64,000 bases of DNA, taken from the NCBI GenBank assembly GCA_038230835.1, contig JBBRMM010000017.1, positions 1,185 through 65,184 on the forward strand. Direction: 5' to 3'. The translations under genes were made by a program, and so were the position numbers. Position 1 is the first letter of the stretch. Every line of letters begins with the position of its first letter. The notes under the pieces are model-generated. The model made no database searches and had not been told where the DNA came from. It saw nothing but the letters and a program-made list of their open reading frames with translations. The DNA comes from Gaiellales bacterium. Its GTDB lineage: Bacteria; Actinomycetota; Thermoleophilia; Gaiellales; JAICJC01. This document shows positions 8,479-18,941 of the stretch, in pieces.

Positions 8479-8512
8479 ACCGGGAGTATGCCCGCACCGC
8501 GCCCGGAGGCGA

Positions 8513-10321
8513 TCAGAGCGTGACCTGAGGCCACGCCGACGTGCTCTCGGTCGATGTGGTCGCGGTGATCGACACGGTGTAGGTGCCGGTCGGCGCCGTT
8601 GCGCCGGTGTCCAGGGTGCGGCCCCACTTCTTCACCCAATCGCCGGGGGTCATCGAGCCCGACGTCTGCAGGTGCTTGACGATCGCGCCGGAGCCGTTGC
8701 GGATCACGATCGTGACCGCGCACGCCTTGTTGAGCGAAAAGCTGATCGTGATCGCGGGTGAGACGGGCGAGGTGGTGGCGGAGGCGCCGGCGATGGTCAG
8801 CACGAATGCCGACACCACGCCCGTCACCGGCGTCGATGCAGACGCGCTGCCCGATGCGTTGACGGCGGTCACCTGCGCACGTACCGTCGAGCCCAGATCG
8901 GCAGAGGTCAGCCCGTACGTGCTCCCGGTGGCACCGGCGATCGGTATGCAGTTGCCGCCGGCCGAATCACAGCGCTGCCATTGGTAGGCGACCGTAGGCG
9001 CCGGCACACCAGACCACAGGCCCTGGTCAGCGGTCAGCGTCTGTGTGACCTGGGCAAAACCGGAGGCGGTCGGGGCCACGTCGTCGGCCGGCGCGAGTGC
9101 GGACGGCGCCGCCTGGGCCAGCGCCGCGCGGACGCCCAACCCCATGGCGTTGAACGTGTTGTCGGCGTTCAGCAGCGTGAACGGGTCGCCCTTGCCGATA
9201 TCCCAGCGCGACCACGAAAGGCCGTAGCGGCGGAGCAGGTCGAGCATCTGCGACTGGAACGCCGCCGCGCCGGAGTCGGCCGTCTGTACGCCCCATTCGC
9301 CGACGAAGAGCGGAATGCCGGCGGCCCGGGTGACGTTGATGGCCGACTGCAGGTTGAGCTCCTGGGCATACTCGGTGCCGTGGTAGTCGAGGAAGTTCTG
9401 GTTGTGGGTGGCGTCCCAGGAGGGCACCCAGCCCTCCTGATCGGGGGTGAAACCGGAGCCGTAGATCCCGTTGTAGTAGTCGTGGAGATCGAGCACCATG
9501 CGGCTCATGTTGCCGAACGGCGAGAAGTCGGCGTGCAGCAGACCGTTGTCCCCGCCGCCGCGCAGCATGAAGAAGACGGCTCGCGCCGGGTCGGCCTGGC
9601 GCATGGCGGCGGCGATCGGCGCCTCCCATGCGATCACCGCCTGCGTCGCCGCGTGGGCCGAGCCGAGCGTGCCCACCATCGGCTCGTTGAAGAGCTCATA
9701 CCCGACCACGTTCGGATAGGCGGCGTAATGGGCCATCATCATCTGCACGAACGCGGTGTAGTACTGGCTGCCGAGCGGATCCGTCCACCAGTCGGCCATC
9801 GCCTGCCCCATGCCGTTCGCATCCTTGGGGTACGTCCCGGCTCGGGAGACGGAGTAGAACCAGCCCGGAATCCCCTGCGCGCCGGCGATGCCGAAGTACG
9901 GGGACCACTTGAACTGATGGAAATCCAGCAGCACGTTCACGTTGTGCGCCTGGTACCAGGCCACCTGGACATCGACAGCGTGCAGTGCGGTGGCGGTGTA
10001 GGTGTGGACGCCACCGACTGGAGCGGTGGTCTCGATCTTGCTCCACGGCACCAGCAGCCGCACCACGTTCGATCCGAGGTTCGCGGCGAACTGGTCGGAC
10101 ATCGTACCGGTGCCCCCCTGCTGGTCGACGCCGCGCAGGATCACCGTCTGGCCGGCCTGGTTGGCGAAGCCCCCGTTCTGGACGTGGATCCACGGTGCCA
10201 CCGACGCCGCGCTGCCGGACTGGACGCCGATCAGCGACACCGCGAGCACGGTGACCATCACCCCGAACGAACGGCGAACCGCGCGGACGTGCGCGCCGCC
10301 GCCTGCAAAGCGTGTTTCCAT
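8513..10321 (-). CDS. secreted GH5 (cellulase/endoglycoceramidase-like) glycoside hydrolase with C-terminal Ig-like and FlgD-like domains
   Basis: Signal peptide, LLDFHQ, YELFNEP (acid/base), LFVGEWG (nucleophile); YQWQRCD...C..I.GAT..TY module; W......G..AP.GTY tail; start approximate. Confidence 0.85.
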   Translation of the reverse strand: METRFAGGGAHVRAVRRSFGVMVTVLAVSLIGVQSGSAASVAPWIHVQNGGFANQAGQTVILRGVDQQGGTGTMSDQFAANLGSNVVRLLVPWSKIETTAPVGGVHTYTATALHAVDVQVAWYQAHNVNVLLDFHQFKWSPYFGIAGAQGIPGWFYSVSRAGTYPKDANGMGQAMADWWTDPLGSQYYTAFVQMMMAHYAAYPNVVGYELFNEPMVGTLGSAHAATQAVIAWEAPIAAAMRQADPARAVFFMLRGGGDNGLLHADFSPFGNMSRMVLDLHDYYNGIYGSGFTPDQEGWVPSWDATHNQNFLDYHGTEYAQELNLQSAINVTRAAGIPLFVGEWGVQTADSGAAAFQSQMLDLLRRYGLSWSRWDIGKGDPFTLLNADNTFNAMGLGVRAALAQAAPSALAPADDVAPTASGFAQVTQTLTADQGLWSGVPAPTVAYQWQRCDSAGGNCIPIAGATGSTYGLTSADLGSTVRAQVTAVNASGSASASTPVTGVVSAFVLTIAGASATTSPVSPAITISFSLNKACAVTIVIRNGSGAIVKHLQTSGSMTPGDWVKKWGRTLDTGATAPTGTYTVSITATTSTESTSAWPQVTL

Positions 10322-10544
10322 GACCCCCCGGCCCTCGAAAACGTCAACCAATCACATGGATCGTGCTGATGTTTCATCGGAGTGATCGGGGCAGCGTGCA
10401 ATCCCCCATCAGGGTCGAGGCGTGCGGCGTTTTGCGGTAGTGGAGATGACCGCTGCGGCCCACCCGGCTCCCCCATCGTACGGATGCCGTCTCGCGCGGC
10501 ATGCCACATCATGTGCGTTGTTCCCCACCGTTCGTGAGGCTCCC

Positions 10545-11012
10545 ATGCGTGGCGCAAGACTGCTCCTGTCAACCACCATCATCCTGATGCTCGTCGCCCA
10601 GGCGCCCTCGTGGGCGGGGATGAAAGCGCCACCTCCGCCCTACCCGTCATGGCTGTCGAAGCCCGGCACCATTCGCGTGAACAAGTGGGGTAGCCTGTTT
10701 GCGACGCGAACCGACGGGACATGGTGCCGATTCGACGTCGTCACCGCCCGCACGCTGCCGTACACCTGCGGCGGACGCAAGGACTTCTCGATCCCGGCGA
10801 CCTCCAGCTACCGCGTCTTCGTCGGCCGAGCCACACGCGTCTACGTGACCGCGACCGGAAATGTCGGCTGGCTCGACTCCGCCGAGCCGTGGGTGCGACA
10901 CGGGCGCTACGTCACGATCACCGTGAAAGTACCGCAGTCTCGGCGCAGCGCGCTCGTCGGAGGCGCGTCGGGCGACATCGACGGTATCCACGTCTGGCTT
11001 CGTTGGGATTAG
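10545..11012 (+). CDS. secreted hypothetical protein
   Basis: GAGG SD; signal peptide MRGARLLLSTTIILMLVAQAPSWA. Confidence 0.6.
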   Translation: MRGARLLLSTTIILMLVAQAPSWAGMKAPPPPYPSWLSKPGTIRVNKWGSLFATRTDGTWCRFDVVTARTLPYTCGGRKDFSIPATSSYRVFVGRATRVYVTATGNVGWLDSAEPWVRHGRYVTITVKVPQSRRSALVGGASGDIDGIHVWLRWD

Positions 11013-11068
11013 TCGTACCGTGACGCGCTGCGTTCAGCGATCTGAGAGAGCGAGCCAGGAGCGCGGAG

Positions 11069-12023
11069 CTACGCCGCCAGCGACGGCGCCGCGCCCAGCC
11101 GCCCGGCATACCACTCGGTCAGCTCGTCCCACGCCCGCGACTCGTCGAAGCCCAGCGCCGCGGCGTCCGGCAGATGCGTGTTCACCCGCACCCGCGGCTC
11201 GGTGAACTCGAGCTGGTCGGCCAGGTCGAGCCGGCAGGCCCAGCCGGTGCGGGCTCGTAGCTCGTCGGCGAAGCGGCGGGCGAACGCTCCCTGGCTCTCG
11301 CGGTAGCCGCTCGGGCCCATCCGGGCGTCGCGCCGGTCTGCCGCCACCTGCTCGGCGAACCGCACGTATGCGCGGGCCAGCAGCTCGACGTGGATGTTGT
11401 CGCGCACGTACGCCGGTGTGGCCACGCGCGCGGTCTCGCCGGCTGCCCAGCAGCTCGCGAGATGGTGCGTGAAACGCTGATGCTCGTAGGGGCCGAACGG
11501 GTTGGGGATCACGAACTTGCCCAGCGCCAGACCGGCCGCCGAGCAGTGGTGCGCGAACGTCTGTCCCGTAAACGCCTTGGACAGGCCGTACGGGTTGAAT
11601 GCGCACAGCCCGGCGTCTCCCTGACCCTCGTTCGGCTCGAACACCGAGCCCGTCAGCAACACGGCACAGCAGCCACCCGCAGCCACACCCGCCAGCACCG
11701 CCGGCAGCTCGCGTGTGTTGGCGGCCAGTGCTGCGGCGACATCGAAATCGGCTCGCTGGTAGCCGGCCACCTGGGCCCCGTGGTGACACAGCACATCCCA
11801 CCGCTCACCCGCTGCCAGCTGCAGAAACGCCGGATCGCCGAAGCTGACCCCGAACACCCGCCGTACGCGGCCGTCGAGCCAGCCCACCCGCTCGGCCGCC
11901 AGCCCCGAGTACTCGGCCTCGCCGCGGGTGTGGATCGCCGTCACGGCGTGACCGGCGGCGGCCAGCTTGGAGGCAAACCACGCGACCCGTGAACGAGCTG
12001 GCGCCGGTGAGCAGGATCCTCAT
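11069..12023 (-). pseudogene. NAD-dependent epimerase/dehydratase, frameshifted near 11985
   Basis: MRILLTGASSFTG, then one extra base, then AWFASKLAAAGHAVTA...; YGLSK catalytic motif and NPFGP. Confidence 0.8.
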
Positions 12024-13033
12024 GCCGCGCGGGGCAAGTCGAGCATGCCCAGCCGCGGTCGCAGCGTGCGCAGGCGCACGAACTGCGAACCCTCGAACTG
12101 CGCCCGGCCGAAGCGGTGCTCCACCATCTTGCGGTGCAACTCCTCCATCCCCGACTCGAGCGAGTATGCGAGCCGGAAGTCGGGCAGCAGACCGCCCAGC
12201 AGGTCGAAGTTCACACGGTAGTCGCGCGGATCGGCGCCGACCTCCCCGGTGTAGGCGATCGAGGCTGCCGGCACCAGCCGTTTGACCTGGTCGGCCACGT
12301 CGCGCACCTGGTAGTTCTCCTGGTTGGCACCGATGTTGATGGCGCGCCCGCAGACGGCGTCCCGCGGCGCGTCGAGCATGGCGACGAAGGCACGAGCGAT
12401 GTCGCGGCAGTGCACCAGCGGCCGCCACGGCGACCCGTCGCTCATGATCCTGATCTCGCCGACCGCGTGCGCGCATCCGAGCAGGTTGTTCACGACCAGG
12501 TCGATGCGCAGCATCGGCGAGTGCCCGTCGGCGGTCGCGTTGCGCAGGAACACCGGGCAGAAGTCGTCGTCGGCCAGCGGCGCAATCGCGATCTCGGAGT
12601 CGATCTTGCTCTTGGCATAAGCCGACAGCGGGTTCAGCTCGGCCGACTCGTCCAGGTCGAGCGTCTCGCCCTTGCCGTACACCGAGCAGCTCCCCGAAAA
12701 CAGGAAGCGCGGCACGCCGGCCTGCTTGGCCAGTCGAGCCAGGCGCACCGATGCGTCCCTGTTGACCGACAGCGTGATCCCGGGGTCGACGTCACCCATC
12801 GGGTCGTTGGAGATCGCCGCCAGGTGGCAGACCGCGTCCAGGCCCTCGAGGTCGCCCAGCCCGAGCTCGCGCACGTCACGGAGCCACTCCACGTCGGGGC
12901 GCATGAACGGCTCCCATTCGCAGCCGCCATACAGGTCGAGGTCGCAGCCGACGACGCGGTGCCCAGCGTCCTTCAGCAACTCCACGAGGTGCACCCCGAT
13001 GTACCCGGTGTGGCCGGTGACGAGGACGTTCAT
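12020..13033 (-). CDS. NAD-dependent nucleotide-sugar epimerase/dehydratase
   Basis: TGHTGYIG, HLAAISNDP, SCSVYG, YAKSK and DGSPWRPLVH motifs. Confidence 0.9.
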   Translation of the reverse strand: MNVLVTGHTGYIGVHLVELLKDAGHRVVGCDLDLYGGCEWEPFMRPDVEWLRDVRELGLGDLEGLDAVCHLAAISNDPMGDVDPGITLSVNRDASVRLARLAKQAGVPRFLFSGSCSVYGKGETLDLDESAELNPLSAYAKSKIDSEIAIAPLADDDFCPVFLRNATADGHSPMLRIDLVVNNLLGCAHAVGEIRIMSDGSPWRPLVHCRDIARAFVAMLDAPRDAVCGRAINIGANQENYQVRDVADQVKRLVPAASIAYTGEVGADPRDYRVNFDLLGGLLPDFRLAYSLESGMEELHRKMVEHRFGRAQFEGSQFVRLRTLRPRLGMLDLPRAA

Positions 13034-14331
13034 GCGGACTCCTTGATCGGTGAGGGCTCGGTCGACCCGAGGTCGAACCGAGCGCCGGCCTGGTCGGCGA
13101 TATGCGCGGCGATGGCGAGCGCCGACGTGGCGGCGGGTGAGGGTGCGTTGCGTACGTGCAGTGCGTGCTCGGTGTGGGAGAAGACGAAGTCGTCGCAGAG
13201 GCTGCCGTCACGCCGCACGGCCTGCGCACGGACGCCCGCGGGCCCGGTGACCACGTCGTCGAGCCGCAGCTCTGGCACGTAGCGGGCGGCGTCGCGCACG
13301 AACGCGGCGCGGCTGGTGGCCAGGTGCAACTCGCGCAGCCCGGTGCGCCACCACCGCCGAGCCATCCGATGGGTGCCGGCCCAGCCCAGCGTCGACCGCA
13401 TGTCCACACCGCGCAGGGTGGTCAGGCGGTAGGCGTCGCGGGACGGCGCAAGCAGGGCAGACGGGCCGACCAGGACGTCGCCGGAGATGTGGCGGGTGAG
13501 GTGCACGCCGAGGAACGGCAGGCTGGGGTCAGGCACCGGGTAGATCAGCGAGCGCACGAGGTGCCGGCGGTCGTCGCGCAGCTTGAGGTAGGCGCCACGG
13601 AAAGGCACGATGCGCGGATCGGGGTCGCCGCCGGCGGCAACCGCCAGCCGGTCGGACCACGCCCCGGCGCAGAAGACCGCACTTCCGGCGTCGGTCGAGC
13701 CGTGGCTGTGGGCGATCTCCAGCCTGCGGCCGCGGACGCTGGTGGCCTCCACGCGGCAGCCGGTGACGACGACGCCGCCGGCCGCCCGGACGTCGTCGCG
13801 CAGCGCGAGTGCGACCGCCGAGAAGTCGACGATCGCGGTGCGCGGCGAGTGCAGCGCCGCCACGCCGGTCGCGTGCGGCTCGATCTCGCGCAGTTCGCCA
13901 GCCGACAGCCTCCGGATCCCCGGCACCCCGTTGGTGCGCGAGCGCCGCTCGAGCTCGTCCAGACGCACGGCCTCGGCGGGAGAGGTAGCGACGATCACTT
14001 TGCCGCAGTGCTCCAGAGCGATCGATCGCGACTCGCAGTAGCGCTCCATGGCGACCGCGCCCTCCACGCACAGCCTCGCCTTCAGCGATCCCGGCGCGTA
14101 GTACACCCCGCGGTGCAGCACGCCGGAGTTGTGCCCGGTCTGGTGCGCACCCACCCGCGGCTCCTTGTCGAACACACACACGTCCAGGCGCGGATGGCGA
14201 CGGAGCAACTCGCGGGCCACGGCCAGGCCGAGGATGCCCGCGCCGACGACCGCCAGATCGCAGCGGGCGGGGGCGCGCCAATTGGCCGTCTTGATGAGTG
14301 TCATTTGGGTTCTGTTACGGGTTTGCGACAT
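13030..14331 (-). CDS. lhgO: L-2-hydroxyglutarate oxidase family FAD oxidoreductase
   Basis: VVGAGILG, HQTGHNSGVLHRGVYYAPGSLKA, LIYPVPDP.LPFLGVH, GVRAQA and NAPSPAATS motifs. Confidence 0.9.
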   Translation of the reverse strand: MSQTRNRTQMTLIKTANWRAPARCDLAVVGAGILGLAVARELLRRHPRLDVCVFDKEPRVGAHQTGHNSGVLHRGVYYAPGSLKARLCVEGAVAMERYCESRSIALEHCGKVIVATSPAEAVRLDELERRSRTNGVPGIRRLSAGELREIEPHATGVAALHSPRTAIVDFSAVALALRDDVRAAGGVVVTGCRVEATSVRGRRLEIAHSHGSTDAGSAVFCAGAWSDRLAVAAGGDPDPRIVPFRGAYLKLRDDRRHLVRSLIYPVPDPSLPFLGVHLTRHISGDVLVGPSALLAPSRDAYRLTTLRGVDMRSTLGWAGTHRMARRWWRTGLRELHLATSRAAFVRDAARYVPELRLDDVVTGPAGVRAQAVRRDGSLCDDFVFSHTEHALHVRNAPSPAATSALAIAAHIADQAGARFDLGSTEPSPIKESA

Positions 14332-14351
14332 CTACAGCCTACGCCTCGGCG

Positions 14352-14800
14352 CTACCCGTGCCGCAGCGACCAGTCGTACGGGATCCGGTCGGAGAATGGG
14401 TCGAGGCGGTCGATCTCGTCGGGGCGGTGCGGGTGGCTGGCGCAGTTGGCGACCAGCGACGCGGCGGCACCGAGCCCCTTGACGCCGTTCCAGACCATCG
14501 GCGGGATCCGCACCAGCACGTAGTTGCCGGCGCCCACGAACAGCTCCACCAGCTCGCCGCGGGTGGGCGAGCCCTCGCGCTCGTCGAACAGCACCAGCTT
14601 CACCTGGCCGTGCGGGACCGCGTAGTTGAGCGTCATGTCGGAGTGGATGTGCCAGCCCTTGACGCCCCGGGGTTGACGGTCGAGAAGTAGATCTCGCCGA
14701 AGCCCTGGAAGTGCTCTGCATCGGCCCGCAGCATGTGCATGACGCTGCCGCGCTCGTCGATGATCTGGCGCAGAGGGAAGATCTGGACCCCGTCGATCAC
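14352..14800 (-). pseudogene. dTDP-4-dehydrorhamnose 3,5-epimerase family cupin, frameshifted near 14664
   Basis: VIDGV...DERGSVMHMLR...FGEIYFSTVNPG / VKGWHIH...LNYAVPHG split over two frames (1-nt loss). Confidence 0.85.
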
Positions 14801-15696
14801 GCGGCCTCCCGGCGGCGCAGCGCGGCCTCCGGCGAGAGCGCCCAGTCGGCTGATCGGTTCTGGTGAGCCGAGTCCGCGCCGACCGACCGAGCCTCCCACG
14901 TCCGCCAGGGGGCATCGCCGCCGTCCCACAGGCCGCGCAGCAACTCGACGTCGCGCAGCGTGTCGGCGCACTGCCAGTAGCCGTCGTGGTGGTACACGGC
15001 CAGCTCGTCGTCGGCGGCCAGCCGCTCCAGCGGGTCGTGCTCGACCACGCACGCCGGGTCGGCGGACAGGCGCTCGAAGACCGCCCGCTCGAAGACGAAG
15101 AAGCCGCCGTTGATCCAGCCGGTCTCGAGCGGCTTCTCGGCGAACTGACGCACCCAGCTGCCGTCGGCGACCAGCTGCCCGAAGCGGGCCGGGGCGTGCA
15201 CCCCGGTGACCGTGGCCAGCCTGCCGTGCGCCCGGTGGAAATCCACCAGCGCGCCCAGGTCGATGTCGGCCACTCCGTCCCCGTAGGTGACCAACACCAG
15301 TTCGGCGTCGCCCAGGTAGGGCTCGATCCGTTTCACCCGCGCACCGGTCATCGAGCTCGCGCCGGTGTCGGCGCACGTGACGCGCCAGCGGTCGCGATGA
15401 CTGCGGCCGTAGCTGACGTCGCCCGACGCGAGGTCGAAGGTGACGTCCGACCCGTGCAGGTGGTAGTCGGCGAAGTAGCGCTTGATCATCTCGCCGCGAT
15501 AGCCCAGGCAGAGCACGAAGTCCTCGAACCCGTGGCCGCCGTACATCTTCATGATGTGCCACAGGAGCGGACGCCCGCCGACCTCGACCATCGGCTTGGG
15601 GCGAAACTCCGTCTCCTCGCGCATGCGCGTGCCTTGGCCGCCGCACAGCAGCACGACCTTGGCAGGCGGGCGCGAAGTGGAGGGGTGACCGCTCAC
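14797..15696 (-). CDS. rfbF: glucose-1-phosphate cytidylyltransferase
   Basis: LCGGQGTRMREETEFRPKPMVEVGGRP.LWHIMK, MTGAR.KR, TYGDGVAD, WINGGFFV and WQCADTLRD motifs. Confidence 0.95.
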   Translation of the reverse strand: MSGHPSTSRPPAKVVLLCGGQGTRMREETEFRPKPMVEVGGRPLLWHIMKMYGGHGFEDFVLCLGYRGEMIKRYFADYHLHGSDVTFDLASGDVSYGRSHRDRWRVTCADTGASSMTGARVKRIEPYLGDAELVLVTYGDGVADIDLGALVDFHRAHGRLATVTGVHAPARFGQLVADGSWVRQFAEKPLETGWINGGFFVFERAVFERLSADPACVVEHDPLERLAADDELAVYHHDGYWQCADTLRDVELLRGLWDGGDAPWRTWEARSVGADSAHQNRSADWALSPEAALRRREAA

Positions 15697-15705
15697 GCCG
15701 GGTCA

Positions 15706-15731
15706 ATCGGCACCGCCTGGGTACGTCTTGC
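15706..15731 (-). promoter_or_regulatory. sigma-28-like promoter for the rfbF operon
   Basis: Minus strand CAAG-N15-GCCGAT just upstream of the rfbF start. Confidence 0.55.
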
Positions 15732-15756
15732 GGCGTACGGACATCGCTTTCAGGCC

Positions 15757-15781
15757 TCAAGCAGTGGCGCGCTGCGACGAT
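15757..15781 (+). promoter_or_regulatory. sigma-28-like promoter for the divergent glycosyltransferase
   Basis: TCAA-N15-GACGAT, 10 nt before the GTG at 15792. Confidence 0.55.
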
Positions 15782-15791
15782 CACGCGGGCC

Positions 15792-18068
15792 GTGACCGCC
15801 CCCACCGTGTCCGTCGTCATGGGTGCCTACGGCAAGCGATCGCTCTCCGAGTCCTGCCTGGCGAGCGTGCTCGAACATGCAGGCAGCGAGCTGGCCCGAG
15901 ACTGGGAGCTGGTGCTGGTCGACAACGGCTCACCGGACGACACCCGCGAGCTGTTTCGCGAATGGGAGGCCCGGGTCGGCGCCCGGGTGGTCGTGCTCGA
16001 TCAGAACCGCGACTTCGCCGGGGGCTTCAACGCGGGCGCCGAGGCGGCCCGCGGGCGGGTGCTGCTGCTGCTCTCGAACGACATCGTGGTCACCCCCGGT
16101 GCGCTGCAGACGCTCGCTGCGACCGCCGCCGAGCCGGACGTCGGCCTGGCCGCCGCGCGGCTCGTGTTCCCGCACGGCACTCTGCAGCACGCCGGGTTCG
16201 GCTACCGGCGGACGGCGACGGGCGGGCTCCAGAACATGCACTACTTCTACGGTGAGCCGGGCAACCTGCCGGCCGCCCGCGTCGTGCTCGACGTGGATGC
16301 CCTCAACGGCGCGTGCTTCGCCATTCGCAGCGAACTGTTCGCGGAGCTGGGCGGATTCGACCACCAGTTCCGCAACGGCGCGGAGGACATCGACCTCTGC
16401 AACCGGGTGCGCATGCGCGGCCTGCGCGCCGTCTACCGCGGCGACGTGTGCATGGTGCACCGCGAGGGCGCCACCGTCGGTGCCAGCCCACATGCGCTGG
16501 AGAACGACCGCCGCTACCGGGCGCGCTGGGACCGGTTCGTGGACGCCGACGACGAGTTCGTCGCCCGTACGTTCGGTGCCCGCATGAACCCGCTGGCCGA
16601 TGCCGAGCTGTGGCCGCCGGTGGCCGCCGAGGGCGCCGCGATCAGCCTCGAGGGTCACCTGGTCACGCTCTCGCCGCAGGCTGCGGAACTGCGCGGCCTG
16701 CTGGCCGCCTAGGAACAGATCAACGTGGCCGCCGCCGGACGCAACTACGGCCAGGGCTGGATCACGCCGGTCGTCACCGACGCCGAGCAGGCTCGGCTGG
16801 AGCGCGCCCAGCGCACGCCGAAGCACCCGCGTGCGGTGGTCGTGATCGCGCCCCAGGAAGGCGAGCGCGTGTACGAGACCGGCTGGCCGACCGTCGTTCG
16901 GCTGGCGCCGGCACCGGGTGGCCCGATTCCGGACTCGGTGTTTCGCGCCTGGGCGGCCAGCCCCGGTGTCGCCGCCGCGCTCGAAGCCGCCGGCTGGCCG
17001 GCCGAGGCGGTCGACGTGCTGCCGCCGGCGATCGACGCGGCGCCCACAGCGGGCGAGGGGAGTGTCGTCATGCTGCTGCCGTCCCACGAACCGGAGTTGG
17101 CGCGAGCGACGCTCCAGGCGGCGGCACGAGCCTGGAGCGGCGCTGACCTCGAGGTGCACTGGAGCGTGGCCAACGACCGTCTGGTGGAGCTGGCCCGGCA
17201 TGAACTGCCGGGCGCCTGGGTGTGCGAGCGAGCACCCTCACCGGTCACCCTGGCCGGGGCGTTGGCGGCCGCCGGGACGCTGATTGCCCTCGACCCCGAC
17301 GATACGTTCCAGCGTCGCCTGCTGACGGCTGCCGGACACGGCGCCGCGGTGGTCGGACGCAGCGGCGGACCGGCGGAGTGGGTGCTGGGCGACCGGCTTC
17401 ACGCCCCGGCGAGCCTCACCGTGGAGGCGATCGCCGACGCGATCGCCGCAGCGAGGGCAGGCGGCGACGCGCTTCGGGCCGAGCGCTCGGCGCTGGTGAC
17501 CCAGGTGTGCGGGCGCGAGGCGATCGCGGCCCGGCTGGCAGAGATGCTGCCTCGGCTGCCGGACACGCGCCGCCATCGCCGCCGGCCCGCGACCACGCCG
17601 GCGGCCCCAACCGCGCTGGTCGTCTGCCCGACCCCACCCCACCCCGGCACCGAGCGTCGCGCGGACGTGCTGGTGACCGATCTGCGTGCGAGCGGGGTGG
17701 ACGTCACCGTGCTGGCCGACCGCACCATCGGCTTCGAGGAGGCCCTCGACCGACTGGCGGCGATCCAGGTCGAGGTGTGTGGGCGCGACCGGCTGGGTGA
17801 TCCGGCAGTGCTCCTGCGACGCGGGTTCGACCGCGTGTGGCTGCTGTCGTTCGCGGCGTCAGCGGACATCGTCGCGTACACCCGGATCCATTCACCTGGA
17901 ACGGAGATCGTGCAGGACGCCGGTGGGCTGACGTCCCTCGCCGGCGAGGAACTGCTAGCGGCGATCGAGGTGTGCCGAGCAGCCGACCGGGTGTGCATGG
18001 GCGAGGCAGGAGAGATCGACGCCGTGCGTGCGTTGCTGGAGCCGGTCGTGGTCGAGCCGGCGGCCTGA
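15792..18068 (+). pseudogene. GT2 glycosyltransferase with C-terminal GT-B-like region, interrupted by an in-frame TAG at 16710-16712
   Basis: VSVV....., LVDNGSPD, LLLSND, GAEDIDLC and HREGAT motifs; the same frame continues 451 codons after the TAG. Confidence 0.75.
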
Positions 18069-18090
18069 GCGCCGTGCTCTGGCGGCCACT

Positions 18091-18108
18091 CTGTAATTGT
18101 TGTAATCT
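18091..18108 (+). promoter_or_regulatory. AT-rich promoter/operator of the TA pair
   Basis: CTGTAATTGTTGTAATCT: tandem TGTAAT with a TAATCT -10-like hexamer. Confidence 0.45.
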
Positions 18109-18543
18109 TTGTCAGTGCCACACACCCCGACCGACGCACCCCAGCCATTCAGCGTGCGCTTCCCGGCGGCCACGGACCGCGCGGTGACCGAGGAGGCGCG
18201 CCGCACCCGGCGGTCAAAAGGAGCCGTGGTGGCTGCGCTCACGGAGGAGGCGCTGCGCTGCCGGCGGTTCCCCGGCATCGCATTTCGCGGCGACGACGCC
18301 CGCCGGCGTCCGTGGGTGATCGGCTCCGGGCTCGACATCTGGGAGATCGCCCAGATGCTCGACGAATTCGGATCGGTGGAGGCGCTGGTGGCAGACACCC
18401 ATCTCACCGAGCACCAGATCCGGATCGCTCAGGCGTACCGCACGTCGAACCCCGAGGAGATCAGCGAAGCGATCGCGGAGAACACCCGATCCGCCGGCGC
18501 CTCGGCCGGGCTGTACCCGTTCGTTCAGGGCCCCCAGGCCTGA
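18109..18543 (+). CDS. DUF433-containing antitoxin (VapB45-like)
   Basis: N-terminal RHH-like FSVRF; FPGIAFR.....RR.WVIGSGLDIWEI; LT..QI..A.AY....PEEI. Confidence 0.85.
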   Translation: MSVPHTPTDAPQPFSVRFPAATDRAVTEEARRTRRSKGAVVAALTEEALRCRRFPGIAFRGDDARRRPWVIGSGLDIWEIAQMLDEFGSVEALVADTHLTEHQIRIAQAYRTSNPEEISEAIAENTRSAGASAGLYPFVQGPQA

Positions 18544-18550
18544 TCGACAC

Positions 18551-18901
18551 GTGCGACTGCTGCTCGACGCGCACCTGTCCGGGTCGAGGATCGGCGACCC
18601 GCTCCGCGCCGCCGGCCACGACGTGCTCGTGCTGGCCGAGCGTCCCGATCTGGAGGGCCTCGACGACACCGCGGTGCTCGTACTCGCTGCCGTCGAGAGC
18701 CGCGTCCTGATCACCCGAAACAGCCGGGACTTCGCGCCAATCCTGCGCGAATGGGCAGAACTCGGGCGCGTCCACGCCGGGTGCATCCTGATCTGGACGC
18801 TGAGCCACAACGAGTTTGGACGGATTGTCACCGGTGTCTCGCACGTCCTGGACTCGCACCCTGACCCAACCAGCTGGATCAGCCTCGCACAGGCGATCTG
18901 A
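18551..18901 (+). CDS. DUF5615 PIN-like toxin (VapC45-like)
   Basis: MRLLLDAHLS, LRAAGHDV, DD.AVL.LA..E.RVLIT.N.RDF and HAG motifs. Confidence 0.85.
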   Translation: MRLLLDAHLSGSRIGDPLRAAGHDVLVLAERPDLEGLDDTAVLVLAAVESRVLITRNSRDFAPILREWAELGRVHAGCILIWTLSHNEFGRIVTGVSHVLDSHPDPTSWISLAQAI

Positions 18902-18941
18902 CCGCGGCGGGATAGCCGCCCTACAGCCCTACACTGGAGCG

